Positions 39,105 through 52,383 are shown, numbered from the stretch's first letter. The stretch is 64,000 nucleotides of DNA from Octopus bimaculoides (GCF_001194135.2 NC_068981.1:167229234-167293233), one strand, 5' to 3'. The notes: generated by a model from the sequence alone, not told the origin. Translations and numbers: made by a program.

Positions 39105-39773
39105 TAATAATAACGAAAATCCGAGATTATTCACAGAAAAATAGAACTATTTTATGCTAGATCGAAACATAAATCAATGAATTATTGTAAAACACTAATA
39201 AAATTCTGCGTAGATTATAAAAATATAGATCAATATGTTATTTAATGAGATTTCTCAAATACAATAACACATCCTTAGTTTCATTGAATTTTTAATGTGT
39301 GTAAATATTTCATTTGTGTCAAATCTTATTCCTTAGAGCAATTCACAAGCAGCAAAATTGGAATATATCAAAATAATCCCAGAAAAATACAATATAAAGA
39401 AATATACAATATAATTGTATAATTAATTTTGTTGTTCATAGATTAATTGTGTGTATATACAATCAGTGGTTTATATATATATATATATATATATATGCAA
39501 TCTAATTATTCTAGTGACTTGTAAGATGCGAAAAGGTGGTGGGTTTTATGCTCTGAGGTCAAAATAGTCCTGCTAAGAATAGTCCACATCCTACACAAGA
39601 CACTATCAATTCAATAAAGCAACCCACAAATACAAGACAAACTCTACACAGTAATTATCGATGCAATACAATACCGGGAAGAGTTTGCGGACTCCCAATA
39701 ACAAAACAGAACACACCCCAACAACACGGAGGTGTAGCAGGCGATGCTGTAGAAATTTACAACTATAATAATC

Positions 39774-39830
<57 letters not shown>

Positions 39831-40308
39831 TTTGTCTTGGTATAAAAGATGAGATACAGCAAATATTCTGTTTAATACCACAGATTTGCTTGTCAGTTGT
39901 TTGACCTTAACCAGTTGAGCATGTCCCTTGGTGGCTGATGATATGTGCATCTCTGGTCACGAGTAGAAGTAGTGGGAGAGCATCATAGCCATGTGTTGAG
40001 AGGAATTATTTGGAGTTTGAATAATTCCCCTTGGGAAACATGGGTGTTTTGCTCAACATCCTTAAACAAACCTTATTCAGGGACCTTTTGAGCGGGATGG
40101 GCTACTCGACCTGAAGAAAATTCTAACAGGGCCCCACCTGCGAGGTCATGGGCTGTTTATCTTGATATGAGATCACCATGTCGCGTACATATGTTTGTGA
40201 TGCATGTGCCTGGTGTACCCTTATCAGACGGGTAGTCATGATGGGTATATTGGGCTTCGTATATTTTACCCCAGTGTCACTTTGATGGCATGCACTGCTC
40301 TCTCACTC
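39831..40308 (+). mobile_element. Family D non-coding element (full length about 550-600 bp), inserted in (AAT)n
   Basis: Reverse complement of the copies at 51766-52385 and 55555-56101; preceded by (AAT)n, ends at ...CTCTCTCACTC before a gap. Confidence 0.85.
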
Positions 40309-40404
40309 NNNNNNNNNNNNNNNNNNNNNNNNNNNNNNNNNNNNNNNNNNNNNNNNNNNNNNNNNNNNNNNNNNNNNNNNNNNNNNNNNNNNNNNNNNNN
40401 NNNN

Positions 40405-40714
40405 AATACAAAGACCTGGAAATAGAGGTAACTCGAATGTGGAATCTAAAAACAGAAACAATCCCTATCATAGTAGGTGCCTTAGGCATAATAAAAAAAA
40501 TATTCAGACAAATACATAACAAAAACACCAGGACTTACAAATATATATAACATACAGAAAATTGCACTACTGGGCACTGCACATATCCTACGCAAAACAC
40601 TTTCAATACAGTAACCATAAGAGCACCACAGCAAACCACAGGACATACCCAAGGCGCACAGAGCTGCGCTCGGTAGTGAAGTGAAAGCACTTTATAAAAA
40701 TAAAACTACTGAAC

Positions 40715-40715
<1 letters not shown>
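40405..40715 (+). mobile_element. R4/Dong LINE 3' end with 3' UTR and (AAT)n
   Basis: YKDLEIEVTRMWNLKTETIPIIVGALGIIKK and NIQKIALLGTAHILRKTLSIQ*, then UTR and (AAT)n from ~40714. Confidence 0.85.
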
Positions 40716-40748
<33 letters not shown>

Positions 40749-41738
40749 TGGGAAGTAACCGCATCTCATGGGCATGACGATTTCACTAATCTTGGTCGAT
40801 AATCGTCTTGGAGGTGGTATCTTGAACAAAATATCCCTTGGCGTTACAATACAAAGCGCAAAAGTAAACAACAAAAAATTCCACAGTGTCTGGAGACTAA
40901 AACACATGACCGCTCTGTCGTCACTCGGGTCAACAAGGGCTGCTTCCCTCAACGAGGAATCAGTTTGGAGTCGAAAAGTTTACAGCTAAAACAAGCTCTT
41001 CTCCAAGTACGGACTTGAATGGTCACTTGAACAAGATTAATGTCAATTCAAGCCCTTCAAGTTCAGCAGCACAAGGAAAAGAAAATTCTAAATGAATCAG
41101 AGAAGAGTATAAAGAAATGATATACGTATTATTTCACTCACTGGGAAAACCAACGGCTGAAAAAATGCGCAGATGTGCTATTTGGTATTATCTCCAAAGA
41201 TCCGATTCTCAAAGGTATTGTTGTCGTTCTTAAATGCCATATTTTTTAGACCTCTATTCCAAGGTTCTTTTATTTACGTCACTGGTGCCAAGTTGTATCA
41301 ACTTTTGTCTTTCCTTTGGATAACATCGGTGGCGTAGAGAGGTGAGGCGGTTATGCATGAGTGACTGCTGGTCTTCCATAAACAACATTGCCCGAACTTG
41401 TACCTCAGAGGGTTGCTTTCTAGATGCAATCCTATGGTCATTCATGACCGAAGGGAATCATTACCCTTTGTACTTACTCAACTTTTCATAGGTTTTCTCA
41501 GAGGTACTGCAGCACAATATCCAGTCTATTGGCTTGAGTAGCTTGATCAGTTTGAATACTAAAGTCTCAATGAACAGTGAGGTTTTTATTTTCTAGTACT
41601 TCAGCAGGCCTATGTTCCCGTGAAAATACTGAACCACGTCTGTCGTGCAGATTGAGTGGTCAATTATTTCTCCGGTTGTATCACAAAAGCGGCGGATAGG
41701 ATCAGCATCATTTAAAAAAATGTTGGCTTGGTAAATTT

Positions 41739-42027
41739 CAGTGTGTACATTATGTAGAGTGATATGCATTCTATGTACTGACAGGTGTGTGTGTGCGCGT
41801 ATGGGCATGTCTATGTATGTGTTATCTTGTGTGCGTGCAACCGCATGGCTCTGCGTGTTTGCGTGTATGTGTACAAGTAACCGTCTTCCAAATCCACTCA
41901 CAAGGCTTTGGTCGGCCCGAGACTATAGTAGAAAACACTTACCCAAAGTGTCATACAGTAGGACTGGACCCTGAGCTATGTAGTTGAGAAACAAGCTTCT
42001 TATGACACAGCTACGCTTGCGCCTATA
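41739..42027 (-). repeat. Inverted copy of 35499-35787
   Basis: About 98% identical in reverse complement. Confidence 0.95.
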
Positions 42028-42616
42028 TATACAGCCTCTGTTTCTGATTTAAGTCTAGATGCAACCAGCCCTGATTTGTTTCATTATCAGAATCGCTGGC
42101 CCTTATAGGGTATTTATCATATAATGACTTACTTTTTTTATCTGTTATGCAGCTCTGAGGTTCTATTTGATTTGGCTAGTGCTTTATTTGCTTCCACAAT
42201 AGGGTTTTCTGTTTCATCTACTTGCGTTAAAATCTCACCGATCTTTACAAATTTATTTGTTTCTTCCGATATTGAGTGCAGTTTTTCGTTACTTTCATGC
42301 TTGCAGACCATTTCAAGTTAGTGTTCTTCAGATAGGTATCTGACCCTATAGTTGCTATCTTTACAGACAGTTGCAATTGCATCAGAACCGACGTTTATCT
42401 TTTCGTGGAATGAACTATCGCCTTCGTCTTTATTACCCCTTTAGTAATTAAGCGAAATCAACTTTGCCTTTCATCCTTTCGTTGTGAGAACTGGAGTCGA
42501 TGTAATTGACTTCCATTCCCTCGAAATTTCTGGACATGTGCCAAAATTATTATAATTAGTGACAGAACCAGTATTAATACCAAAAGGTGGTCATTACATC
42601 CAATTTAACATACTGC

Positions 42617-42685
<69 letters not shown>

Positions 42686-43709
42686 GAATGATACAGCAGC
42701 AGCAGCAGCAGCAGCAACAGCAGTAGCAACAGTAGTACTGTTCCATTTGTGTTAATAAGAGCAACGTTCTATGGTAGAATGAATGGGCGCTTGAATGGAC
42801 CTCACTATAAAACTTAATTTTCGAAATGTGAAAGTATATTTTATATTTGAAATAATCTTACTTTCTTATACTGAACCATATAAACTATATTACTGTAAGT
42901 TAAATGAATTTATATAATTTTATTTCTTTTTATTGAATCCCGTAAGTATAACTAGCAACTTCGGAAGAATTTTTGAAATAAAAAGAAAACGGTCTACGAA
43001 CCAAATTCAAAGAAAAAAGGTTTTTAAATGTTTTTGTTACCTCAAAAGCTGTAAGCACGAAAAGTTTGACAGAAATAATAACATGGAAGTCATTTTGAAA
43101 ATGATTTTGAAATAACTAGGAAGAAATTCTTTTGAGTTGGCACAGCACTAGCTTTAGTTGGGATAATGTGTTGTCAAATGAATCCACCTCCTTAATGGAA
43201 AATGCATGTCGAAAGCGTCCTTCCAAAGATCTGATACAAGAGCAACAGACGGACTTGAAGTGACATGTATAACGTTAACAGATATAAGCAAAACCGCTAT
43301 ACGTTAGATATTCACTCATTCAAAAACAAAAATAATAACACATCACCATCACAACGTATATAGAATTTCATATATATCAGCATCACAACGTATAGGGAAA
43401 TAAACAACAACTTTATAAAATGCAGTATTGCAAAAAAAAAAAAAATACCAAGTCATACAATGGGGACATAAGTAGATGCAACTTGTGGACCACTAAGAAA
43501 TTTATTGAATATATGGTTGTATACATGTATGTATGAAAATATAATATAAGATCAAATGTACATATATATATGCATTTACGATATATCTAATATACATATA
43601 TATTATATGTATTATATAATGTATGCCCGAAATTACACACACACACACATACACACGCACACACACACATGTATACGTATGTATATCTATAGAAGTACAT
43701 ATATCTACG

Positions 43710-43741
<32 letters not shown>

Positions 43742-43882
43742 AGTCTAGAGAGATATAATATACAAACGTGTATATATATATATACATGCATAATACATAC
43801 ATATATATGCATACATATATACATGCATATATACATACATATATATATGGATATAATTCATGATGTGATATGATATATATAT

Positions 43883-43946
<64 letters not shown>

Positions 43947-44511
43947 NNNNNNNNNNNNNNNNNNNNNNNNNNNNNNNNNNNNNNNNNNNNNNNNNNNNNN
44001 NNNNNNNNNNNNNNNNNNNNNNNNNNNNNNNNNNNNNNNNNNNNNNNNNNNNNNNNNNNNNNNNNNNNNNNNNNNNNNNNNNNNNNNNNNNNNNNNNNNN
44101 NNNNNNNNNNNNNNNNNNNNNNNNNNNNNNNNNNNNNNNNNNNNNNNNNNNNNNNNNNNNNNNNNNNNNNNNNNNNNNNNNNNNNNNNNNNNNNNNNNNN
44201 NNNNNNNNNNNNNNNNNNNNNNNNNNNNNNNNNNNNNNNNNNNNNNNNNNNNNNNNNNNNNNNNNNNNNNNNNNNNNNNNNNNNNNNNNNNNNNNNNNNN
44301 NNNNNNNNNNNNNNNNNNNNNNNNNNNNNNNNNNNNNNNNNNNNNNNNNNNNNNNNNNNNNNNNNNNNNNNNNNNNNNNNNNNNNNNNNNNNNNNNNNNN
44401 NNNNNNNNNNNNNNNNNNNNNNNNNNNNNNNNNNNNNNNNNNNNNNNNNNNNNNNNNNNNNNNNNNNNNNNNNNNNNNNNNNNNNNNNNNNNNNNNNNNC
44501 ACACATTTACA

Positions 44512-45019
44512 TATAAAGTAACGAAGGTGGCTATACACAATATAAAACCAATAAGGAAAATTTCAGTGGTGACTAATCGTGACAGAGGGTGCAGGGTAGC
44601 ACCTACATTGCTAGAAATAAAAGTCAAATACTCTTATAACCACAAAAGCACAATATACTGGCAGGGGAGATAACCACCCCATAGCGAGTGAGTTCACTAT
44701 ACTATAAAGCTAGTTTTGCTTGGAATTAAAGCTCATCAGTAGTGATAACTCCATCGCGTATGGTGAAGCTAAATCCTGCCTGTCAATATATTGCATTTAC
44801 CATATGAATCAATAGATGATTCAGCAAAATGGTAATGCGAAAATTATAAAATAACGAAGATGGCTATGCGCAATATAAAGCCAAAACGGAAAAATTAAAT
44901 TGTCACTAATAGTAACTGAGGGTGCAGGATAGCACCTACACTGTTAGACACAAGAATCAAAGACCCTTATAGCCACAAAAAGCACATTGCCTTTGTACTG
45001 ACAGGGAAGATAACCACCC

Positions 45020-45022
<3 letters not shown>
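44512..45022 (-). mobile_element. Retrozyme-like or Penelope pLTR-like element: ~1.5 head-to-tail copies of a ~335-bp unit carrying a hammerhead
   Basis: 44512-44683 repeats at 44845-45022 (offset 333-340, roughly 80% identical); hammerhead lies between the copies; no ORF; left end runs into the gap 43947-44499. Confidence 0.65.
44684..44757 (-). ncRNA. Type I hammerhead ribozyme with G12->A substitution
   Basis: Minus: GCGA-tg-GAGT-ta-TCACTA CTGATGA GCTT-taattcc-AAGC AAAA CTA-gcttta-TAG T A TAGTGA-ACTC-ac-TCGC. Stems I, II and III all pair; GUA cleavage triplet; cut predicted between +44700 and +44699. Confidence 0.8.
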
Positions 45023-45050
<28 letters not shown>

Positions 45051-45391
45051 AAACAAGAGAGAAGATGGAGATAAGATTAATAAAAGTTTATTATCATTGG
45101 CAAGACCAGACATACAATTGTTTTAATTCATCATTTGCAGCATAAAAATTAACCAAATTCAATTTAATTTAACTAGATTAATTTGGTTAATTACTACAAG
45201 TGAGAATATCTTCAGTGACGGATGCACAAAGAAATCTATTATATTTAAAGCAAAATGAAAATCTAAAAACAGGAAGGATACAGTGTACCATTATAGTTAA
45301 AAATATATACACAGTTATGAAAATATATAGTTAGCTATAAATTAGTATAAATAATGATAATGCAGACATACCCATGCAAGATACGAAAAAT

Positions 45392-45546
45392 ATATATGTA
45401 TGTGCCTACTTTGCTAGGCATTCAACCAGTCTAATCTTGGATATTTTTATCCCACCGAGGTTTATATCCTCACTTATACCTTTATATATATATAATGGTA
45501 TAAGTGAGGATGTTGAATGCCTAGCAAAGCAGGTACATACATATAT
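45392..45546. repeat. Two-part hairpin with (TA)n loop
   Basis: 45392-45426 pairs with 45512-45546 (33/35) and 45466-45480 pairs with 45497-45511 (15/15); the left arm carries 39 extra nt between the two parts. Confidence 0.85.
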
Positions 45547-45625
45547 GTATATTTAAATACCCAAATATTTGTCAATATATCTGTCTGTCTGTCTATCTGT
45601 CTGTCTGTCTGTCTGTCTGCATGTA

Positions 45626-45660
<35 letters not shown>

Positions 45661-45668
45661 ATGTATGT

Positions 45669-46603
45669 ATCTCCTATTTTTTTAATTATTATAAATCTTC
45701 CACTGAAGAGGGAGCAGGTTTCCAACAAAGATACAAGGCTCTATCTTTGGGATGTAGTTAACACAGACGAATTCACATTTGGAACTTGAGAAAAGTCTTG
45801 CATATTTTTACTGTTCCACTCACAGATTGAACTTGTAATGAACGAGTCAACCGGTTAATTTCTCTTTCTGAAAATCCCAGTTTATCCAGATCTCCTTTAA
45901 TCATTTACTAACAAAACCTAGAGCTCCAATTCTTATTGGTATGACTATGAATTCATAGTCTGGATATAGAAGCTGGAGGTTTCGAATCAGTTGTCCATAG
46001 ATATTCTTTCTCATTGATTTTCAAGGAGATATTTATATCTGTGGAGCAGCTAACCTCTATGGTGGTACATACCTTTACCCCTCTGTTCCAAACAACAATA
46101 TTCGGCCTGTTATGCTTACATTTGACAGAATTTTTGATGGGAATATTCCACCAATATTCCTTGAATTGGTGTTTATGAATGTATTCCGTAACTGGGATTT
46201 TCTAAGTTTATTTCAGTACAGTATTTTTGTGGATGGCATTGTAAATTGTTTTAGAAACAACATCATGCCGCATAGGGAGGTAGTACCGTGACGACATTTT
46301 AGGACAGTTGCTAATCACATGCGTAATGTCTTTCACGGTAACATGACATAGCCTACACGTTCGGTTGCACCTTGAGATTATAAGAGCATCATTGTCTCTC
46401 TTGTTCACTAGGTACTTTGTGACAATCTCCTTTTTCCTGGATTGCAAACGCATATCCTTCAAAGTGTGATGTGATGTAGTGGTCTTGTGTCCAAGAGAGG
46501 CTGCGCTTCGTGTCAATTCTACTGCCTTCTTCAAGCTTCCGGGCAACATACCCATGCATAGTCTTTTTTTGTATGGTGAATGTTTGCCATCCAGGTCTTC
46601 TCT
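45669..46603 (-). mobile_element. RLE-type (R4/Dong-like) LINE C-terminal fragment with CCHC finger, internally deleted
   Basis: IVTKYLVNKRD..RTCRLCHVTVKDITHVISNCPKMSSRYYLPMRHDVVSK; 45669-46060 is homologous to 11781-12177; (TATG)n on both sides. Confidence 0.85.
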
Positions 46604-46892
46604 ATGTATGTATGCATGCATGCATGCATGTATGTATGTATGTATGTATGTATGTATGTATGTATGTATGTATGTATGTATGTATGTACGTACGTATGTA
46701 TGTGTATATGTATATATATAAATATATGTATGTTTATATATATAAATATATGTATGTATTTGTATATATANNNNNNNNNNNNNNNNNNNNNNNNNNNNNN
46801 NNNNNNNNNNNNNNNNNNNNNNNNNNNNNNNNNNNNNNNNNNNNNNNNNNNNNNNNNNNNNNNNNNNNNNNNNNNNNNNNNNNNNNNNNNNN

Positions 46893-46920
<28 letters not shown>

Positions 46921-46924
<4 letters not shown>

Positions 46925-47040
46925 AGCCTTTGAATGGAAACTGTAAGCTCGATCAGGATTACTTTGCTTAACCTCTTCAGCCCACAGAACCACGTCTGGC
47001 CTCAAGGTTGTCTGGACAACTCGAGGAAAGCAACCAGTCT
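46921..47040 (-). mobile_element. Short RLE domain fragment (HERO/NeSL-like)
   Basis: FPRVVQTTLRPDVVLWAEEVK, frameshift, KVILIELTVS: PD..E restriction-like endonuclease motif. Confidence 0.55.
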
Positions 47041-47484
47041 TGCTTTGGTTAATTAATACTGAAAATGAATATAATCACACGAAGTCTTTTTAGTTTGGAT
47101 AAATTGCTGACAGTTTTCAATTGGTGCGTGAATGTTGATTCATTATGAATTATTGAATGCAAGCATTTGGCAGACAGTTTGAGTTAAATAAAAAAACGCA
47201 GGAAAAGAAAGAAATATAGCACCTAGAATGATATTTTAACGTTTTTATTTTCTGCTTAAATAATTCCTTTCAAAATACTGTGCTAATTTGCATAATTATT
47301 GTAAATTAATTATTTGTCTGATCGATAACTTACTCTATATCCGTTGCAGTGTTTTGCATAATCAGTATGCTGCGTTTTTCTCAGATTATAGGAAAAAGTT
47401 AGTGAAATAAATACTATATTTTAAAACAAGTACTGGAGTTGTTAGAAAACTAAAACGAAAAAAAAAAAGAAACCCCCCAAAAAC

Positions 47485-47715
47485 TGGTACTCCGTCGGTT
47501 GCGAAAACGAGGGTTCAAGTTGATCCGATCAACGGTTCAACCCGCTCATGAAATTAACGTGCGTACCTATAACGTAGTTCTCGAGGAGATTCAGTATGAT
47601 ACAAAGTGTGACAAGGTTGGCCTTTTGAATTACAGGTACAGCCCATTTTTGACAGCTGAATGTGCTGGAGCAACGAGAAATAAAAGACACAACGCGCCGT
47701 CAGGTGTCGAAATCA
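47485..47715 (-). mobile_element. SINE family C, partial
   Basis: GAGGGTTCAAGTTGATCCGATCAACGG, GCTCATGAAATTAACGTGC, AACGTAGTTCTCGAGGAGATTCAG. Confidence 0.75.
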
Positions 47716-47732
47716 CTACTCTGAGATCATGT

Positions 47733-47815
<83 letters not shown>

Positions 47816-48106
47816 CACACAATTGCAGCGTGAAAGATGTTTGTAAGCCATTTAAGAACACACACGCACATACACACACACATATACCCTAACCACTAAG
47901 CCACGCGCCTTCACACTTGTGGATACAATGTAGAAAGCCCATCATAGTGGTATTGCATTATGGCCGTAGCGCAATGATGGAAGCAGTAATTGAGTAAATT
48001 GTCACGTAATCTGTGAGCTTCTTGAGAAGATGAGCAAAAATTCAGTTGTGTGCAAAACTATCCTTTTCTGTTATACGCGTATTGAGATTATACGTATATG
48101 CGTATA

Positions 48107-48318
48107 TACGAGGTGGTGCTGAAAAGTTCCTGGCTTTGGGTAAAAGAAAATAAAGAAAGATCACTTAATTATGATTTTATTCAACATACACCCCTTTCAG
48201 ATTCACACATTTATTGCAGCGGTCCTTCACCTTTTCGAGGCCCTGTAAAAGAACTCGAACGGTTGGGCCTCCAGGCCTGATACCCTTAAAGCCAGGAACA
48301 TTTTAGCACCCTGTCGTA
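48107..48318. mobile_element. Mariner-type MITE with TA ends
   Basis: TA-CGAGGTGGTGCTGAAAAGTTCCTGGCTTT ... AAAGCCAGGAACATTTTAGCACCCTGTCG-TA, about 26/31 inverted match. Confidence 0.8.
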
Positions 48319-48339
48319 CATGCCTTCATACAAACACAC

Positions 48340-48405
<66 letters not shown>

Positions 48406-48710
48406 TATGTAGGAATGTATATTTGTATGTATTGGAGTTGAATGCATTAGAGTTGTATGCATAGCTGTCCTCCCCGTGAATCGCATATTAAACAATTGTG
48501 AATTTCATTACAAAGAATATATATTGTTCTGTTACGGTCTTTCAAAATCTCAAGCGGCGAAAACAACTTTTATCTTTAAATATTGACTTATGTATTCTTT
48601 TTATATAAAAGTAAACAAAAACTAACGGCATTCATTTCATAACTTAAATATATCTAATTTGGATATGTGTAATTACCCATACAATTACTCACGCAGACAC
48701 TCTAACATAA

Positions 48711-48784
<74 letters not shown>

Positions 48785-48789
48785 CCTAT

Positions 48790-48805
48790 AGATCGGAAGA
48801 GCGTC
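48790..48805 (+). other. Illumina TruSeq adapter remnant (assembly artefact)
   Basis: AGATCGGAAGAGCGTC, the start of the standard adapter read-through sequence, sits exactly at the edge of the gap 48806-48966. Confidence 0.9.
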
Positions 48806-49057
48806 NNNNNNNNNNNNNNNNNNNNNNNNNNNNNNNNNNNNNNNNNNNNNNNNNNNNNNNNNNNNNNNNNNNNNNNNNNNNNNNNNNNNNNNNNNNNNNN
48901 NNNNNNNNNNNNNNNNNNNNNNNNNNNNNNNNNNNNNNNNNNNNNNNNNNNNNNNNNNNNNNNNNNTATATATATAAATATATATATATACATATATACA
49001 TACATACATATACATATACATATATGCATACATACATCCATATATATGTATCCTGAC

Positions 49058-49101
<44 letters not shown>

Positions 49102-50629
49102 AGACTCTTATGAATTTCTATGATTATAACAAATTACAGTGAACGATAGATATATAGACAAACAGAGATAAGGAGAGATCGAACGAAATGAATATAAATA
49201 TGTATGAAAATCAATATGAGATCTTTTGAAATCTACTGGAAGAAAGGAAAATACTTGAGTATAACAGTATTTATTCATAACATTATTCTTCCCTGCTTTC
49301 CTTTATCTTCACATGATAATTCCTACTTTATTTTCTAGATAATCTTTCGGCGAGCTTGCCCAGAACATAAAGAAAGAATTTTGTTATTTATAATGTATTT
49401 CTTCTTCCATCTATGGATGGTCCACTTCCCTCCCCTGACCAGTAACCTCTTTAATTGAAGAATCCACACAAACAGACATAACACGTTGAGCTATAACAAT
49501 AGCTGCAAACGAGGAACGTGTAGGTGTGGATATATCAACATTAATCTGTGATCTAGTGATGATAGATTATCGAATCAAAAGAAGAAAAGGAAACAATGTT
49601 TGAAAATATATATTTTATTATATGTATAATTGATATCAAAATCTCTATTTACTATCCAAATACTTTTCTTGTAGCTGTTGAAAGTAAAGATGGTCGGTGT
49701 AGGTCACGATTAACATCTTATCTTAACAAAACTAAGCTTGGAGAATTTTCAGGGGAAAAGGCATTGAGGTTTAGTTTATACAATTTTTATTGGCTAAGAA
49801 TTCAAATTAGCAAAGTTTTTAGAGCATTAGATCGAATACTCTGAGGTATCTGTTCTGATTCTCTGCTCTCTGAGTTCAAATCTGGTCGAGGTCAACTTTA
49901 CATTTCATACTTTTGGGTCTCGATAAAGCGTACCAAATGAAGAGCGCCGTATTAGTTGAGCTGTTTGAACGGCGGGCAAGATGCTTTGTGGTGTTTGTTC
50001 TAGCTCTTTGCGTTCCAACTCCTGCGATGACACGAGTAATAAGTTCTATCGGGTCAAGCCAGCGGCTTTCCTTGGATAACACCAGTGGCACGGTGAAGAG
50101 GAAGTTGCATGCGTAGGCACTGCTTTTCTTCCTCAAAAATGTTGCTGCACAAAATAAATAATCCTTTATTGACGAAGGCCACCCCCGCTAATCTGCTACT
50201 GATTTAGGTGATTTAGATTATTTATGGCGAAGTCGGATACAACTGGTAGTAGAGTAGTCAGTTTGTTCTTTGTCAGTGGTTGGTGCTGCGCTTGAACTAT
50301 TTTCTGGTTACTTTACTCTCTGTTTGCTCAATCCATATGTTGTAAATGCGTAAGATGAGAAAGTAAAAATTTCTGTAAGCACTATATAGATATTGAAATT
50401 AACGAGTGTTTTATTAATTTCAATACTGATTTCAAATCTGATAGGCAAAGAAAAGTCACAATAGTTCTCGAAGTCAGATCAATCCTTTTAGTCAGCTTTA
50501 TCATTAATCTCAGTCGAGAGGCTGTGATAGCTAGCGTCTGACAAGCCATCTTTAACTCAACACAAAGTAAACATTTTTTCCATCTTTGAAGGATTTCACG
50601 GCAATGAATGTTTTACACTATGATGTTTG

Positions 50630-50760
50630 CAGAATTATTAGCATATCGGAAAAAATGCTTCGCAGCATTTCTTCTGGCTCTTTACGTTCTGAGTTCAAAT
50701 GCCGGCATGGTCTATTTTTACCTTTCATCCGTTTGGGGTCGATAAAATGAAGTACATCTC
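50630..50760 (+). mobile_element. SINE family A, partial
   Basis: GCAGAATTATTAGC..TTACGTTCTGAGTTCAAATGCC..CCTTTCATCCGTTTGGGGTCGATAAAATGAAGTAC. Confidence 0.75.
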
Positions 50761-51249
50761 TATCATTCGTCCCGCAACTTTTTGTTTTCTTTTAACTCCG
50801 CATATGTATCTTCTTTTTCAGTGTATACTGTGTATACTTACTATATCTTTTTATCATTTCATTATATGTAAACCCCAACACTTTACGTCTGTTTTGTATT
50901 TCCTCCTCATCCTTCGCCCTTGTGGCAAATAAATGAAATCATTATTATTATATTAATTATTATTATTATTGTTGTTATTGTTGTTGTTATTAATAGTAGT
51001 AATTGTAGTAGTAGCAGCAGCAGCAACAATAGTAGTAGTAATAATAGTAGTAGTTGTTGTAGTAGTAGTAGTTGTTGTAGTAGTAGTAGTTTTTCTTCTT
51101 TCAGTTTTGTTTCCCTTTCTTACCGAGTGTCTTCCCGAAACCTAGGACAAATTATCATTACTGTTGTTTGATGAAAACTCTCAGCTTATTTTATTGGGTA
51201 TGATAGAAAGTGTCAGCTGTCTGTAGGCTGCAGACTAAAGTGACACTTG

Positions 51250-51765
51250 TTTACTGATCGTGCTTCAAGGACTCAGCGGAGAACTCTTGCAGTTCCAAGC
51301 AATGAAGATTTTTGTAGATGTTTTATCTTTACATTTGTACCAATCTTTTTGACCACGCTGGTAGTTGAGTGTTGATACTTCCAAGCGCGCAAATCCCAAT
51401 TGATATTACCGCCACTCTCTTTATTGCCCACAACCTGCGTATTTCCCACTTCAGTTTATTATAATTGTTCACTTTTTCTTCTTTCTCTTCGATCTGTTGT
51501 CACTAGGACATGCAATGTCGATTATCAAGCATTTATTTCTTTTCTGTTCACCACAACAATGTCAGGTTTCCGCTCACTAATCTAATGGTCACACTGAATC
51601 ATTGCATATCAAAAGATTTTCCAATCCTTTTTCCCAGTACCTCCTTTTGAGATTTGGTCATTCCGCGTCTTTGATCTTTCTAGGCCATATTTTCCACAAA
51701 TTTCCAATGGATCAGTCTTGTCACATTGTCATGTCGTCTTTTGTATTCACGATTATTATCATTAT
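51250..51765 (-). mobile_element. R4/Dong LINE C-terminal fragment including the RLE motif
   Basis: REYKRRHDNVTRLIHWK; CDH..ERKPDIVVV..IIDIACPSD..KLKWEIRRLW..ALGSI..HLQKSSLLGTARVLR, with stops and frameshifts. Confidence 0.8.
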
Positions 51766-52383
51766 TGAGTGAGAGAGCAGTGCATGCCATCAAAGTGACA
51801 CTGGGGTAAAATATACGAAGCCCAGTATACCCATTATGACTACCCGTCTGATAAAGGTACACCAGGCACATGCATCACAACCATATGTGCGCGACATGGT
51901 GATCTCATATCAAGATAAACAGCCCATGACCTCGCAGGTGGGTCCCAGTTAAAATTNNNNNNNNNNNNNNNNNNNNNNNNNNCGAGTAGCCCATCCCACT
52001 CAAAAGGTCACTGAATAAGGTTTGTTTAAGGATGTTGAGCAAAACACCCATGTTTCCAAAGGTGAATTATTCAAACCCCCCAAAATTCCTCTCAACACAT
52101 GGCTATGATGTTCCCCCACTACTTCTGCTCATGATCAGAGATGCACATATCGTCAGCCAACAAGGGACATGCTCAACTGGTTAAAGTCAAGCAATTGACA
52201 ACCAAATCTGTGGTATTAAGCAGAATATCTTTTTATACCCAGACAAAACAATGTACATGATAACACTTCCAATCAGTTAAGACCAGAAGCCATGAGAGCC
52301 ACTGCTTGGTACTGCATCCGGGCATTTGTGGTACTGCATCTGGGCATTGGTACTGCATCCGGGCATTGGTAGTGCATCCGGGC

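Noticed and set aside
40745-41000. Overlapping 73-86-aa ORFs after an (AAT)n tract
   Set aside because: No recognisable domain or splice context; likely a repeat remnant.
41593-41738. Peptide RRFCDTTGEIIDHSIC on minus
   Set aside because: Faint resemblance to a Dong zinc-finger region, but too short and decayed to call.
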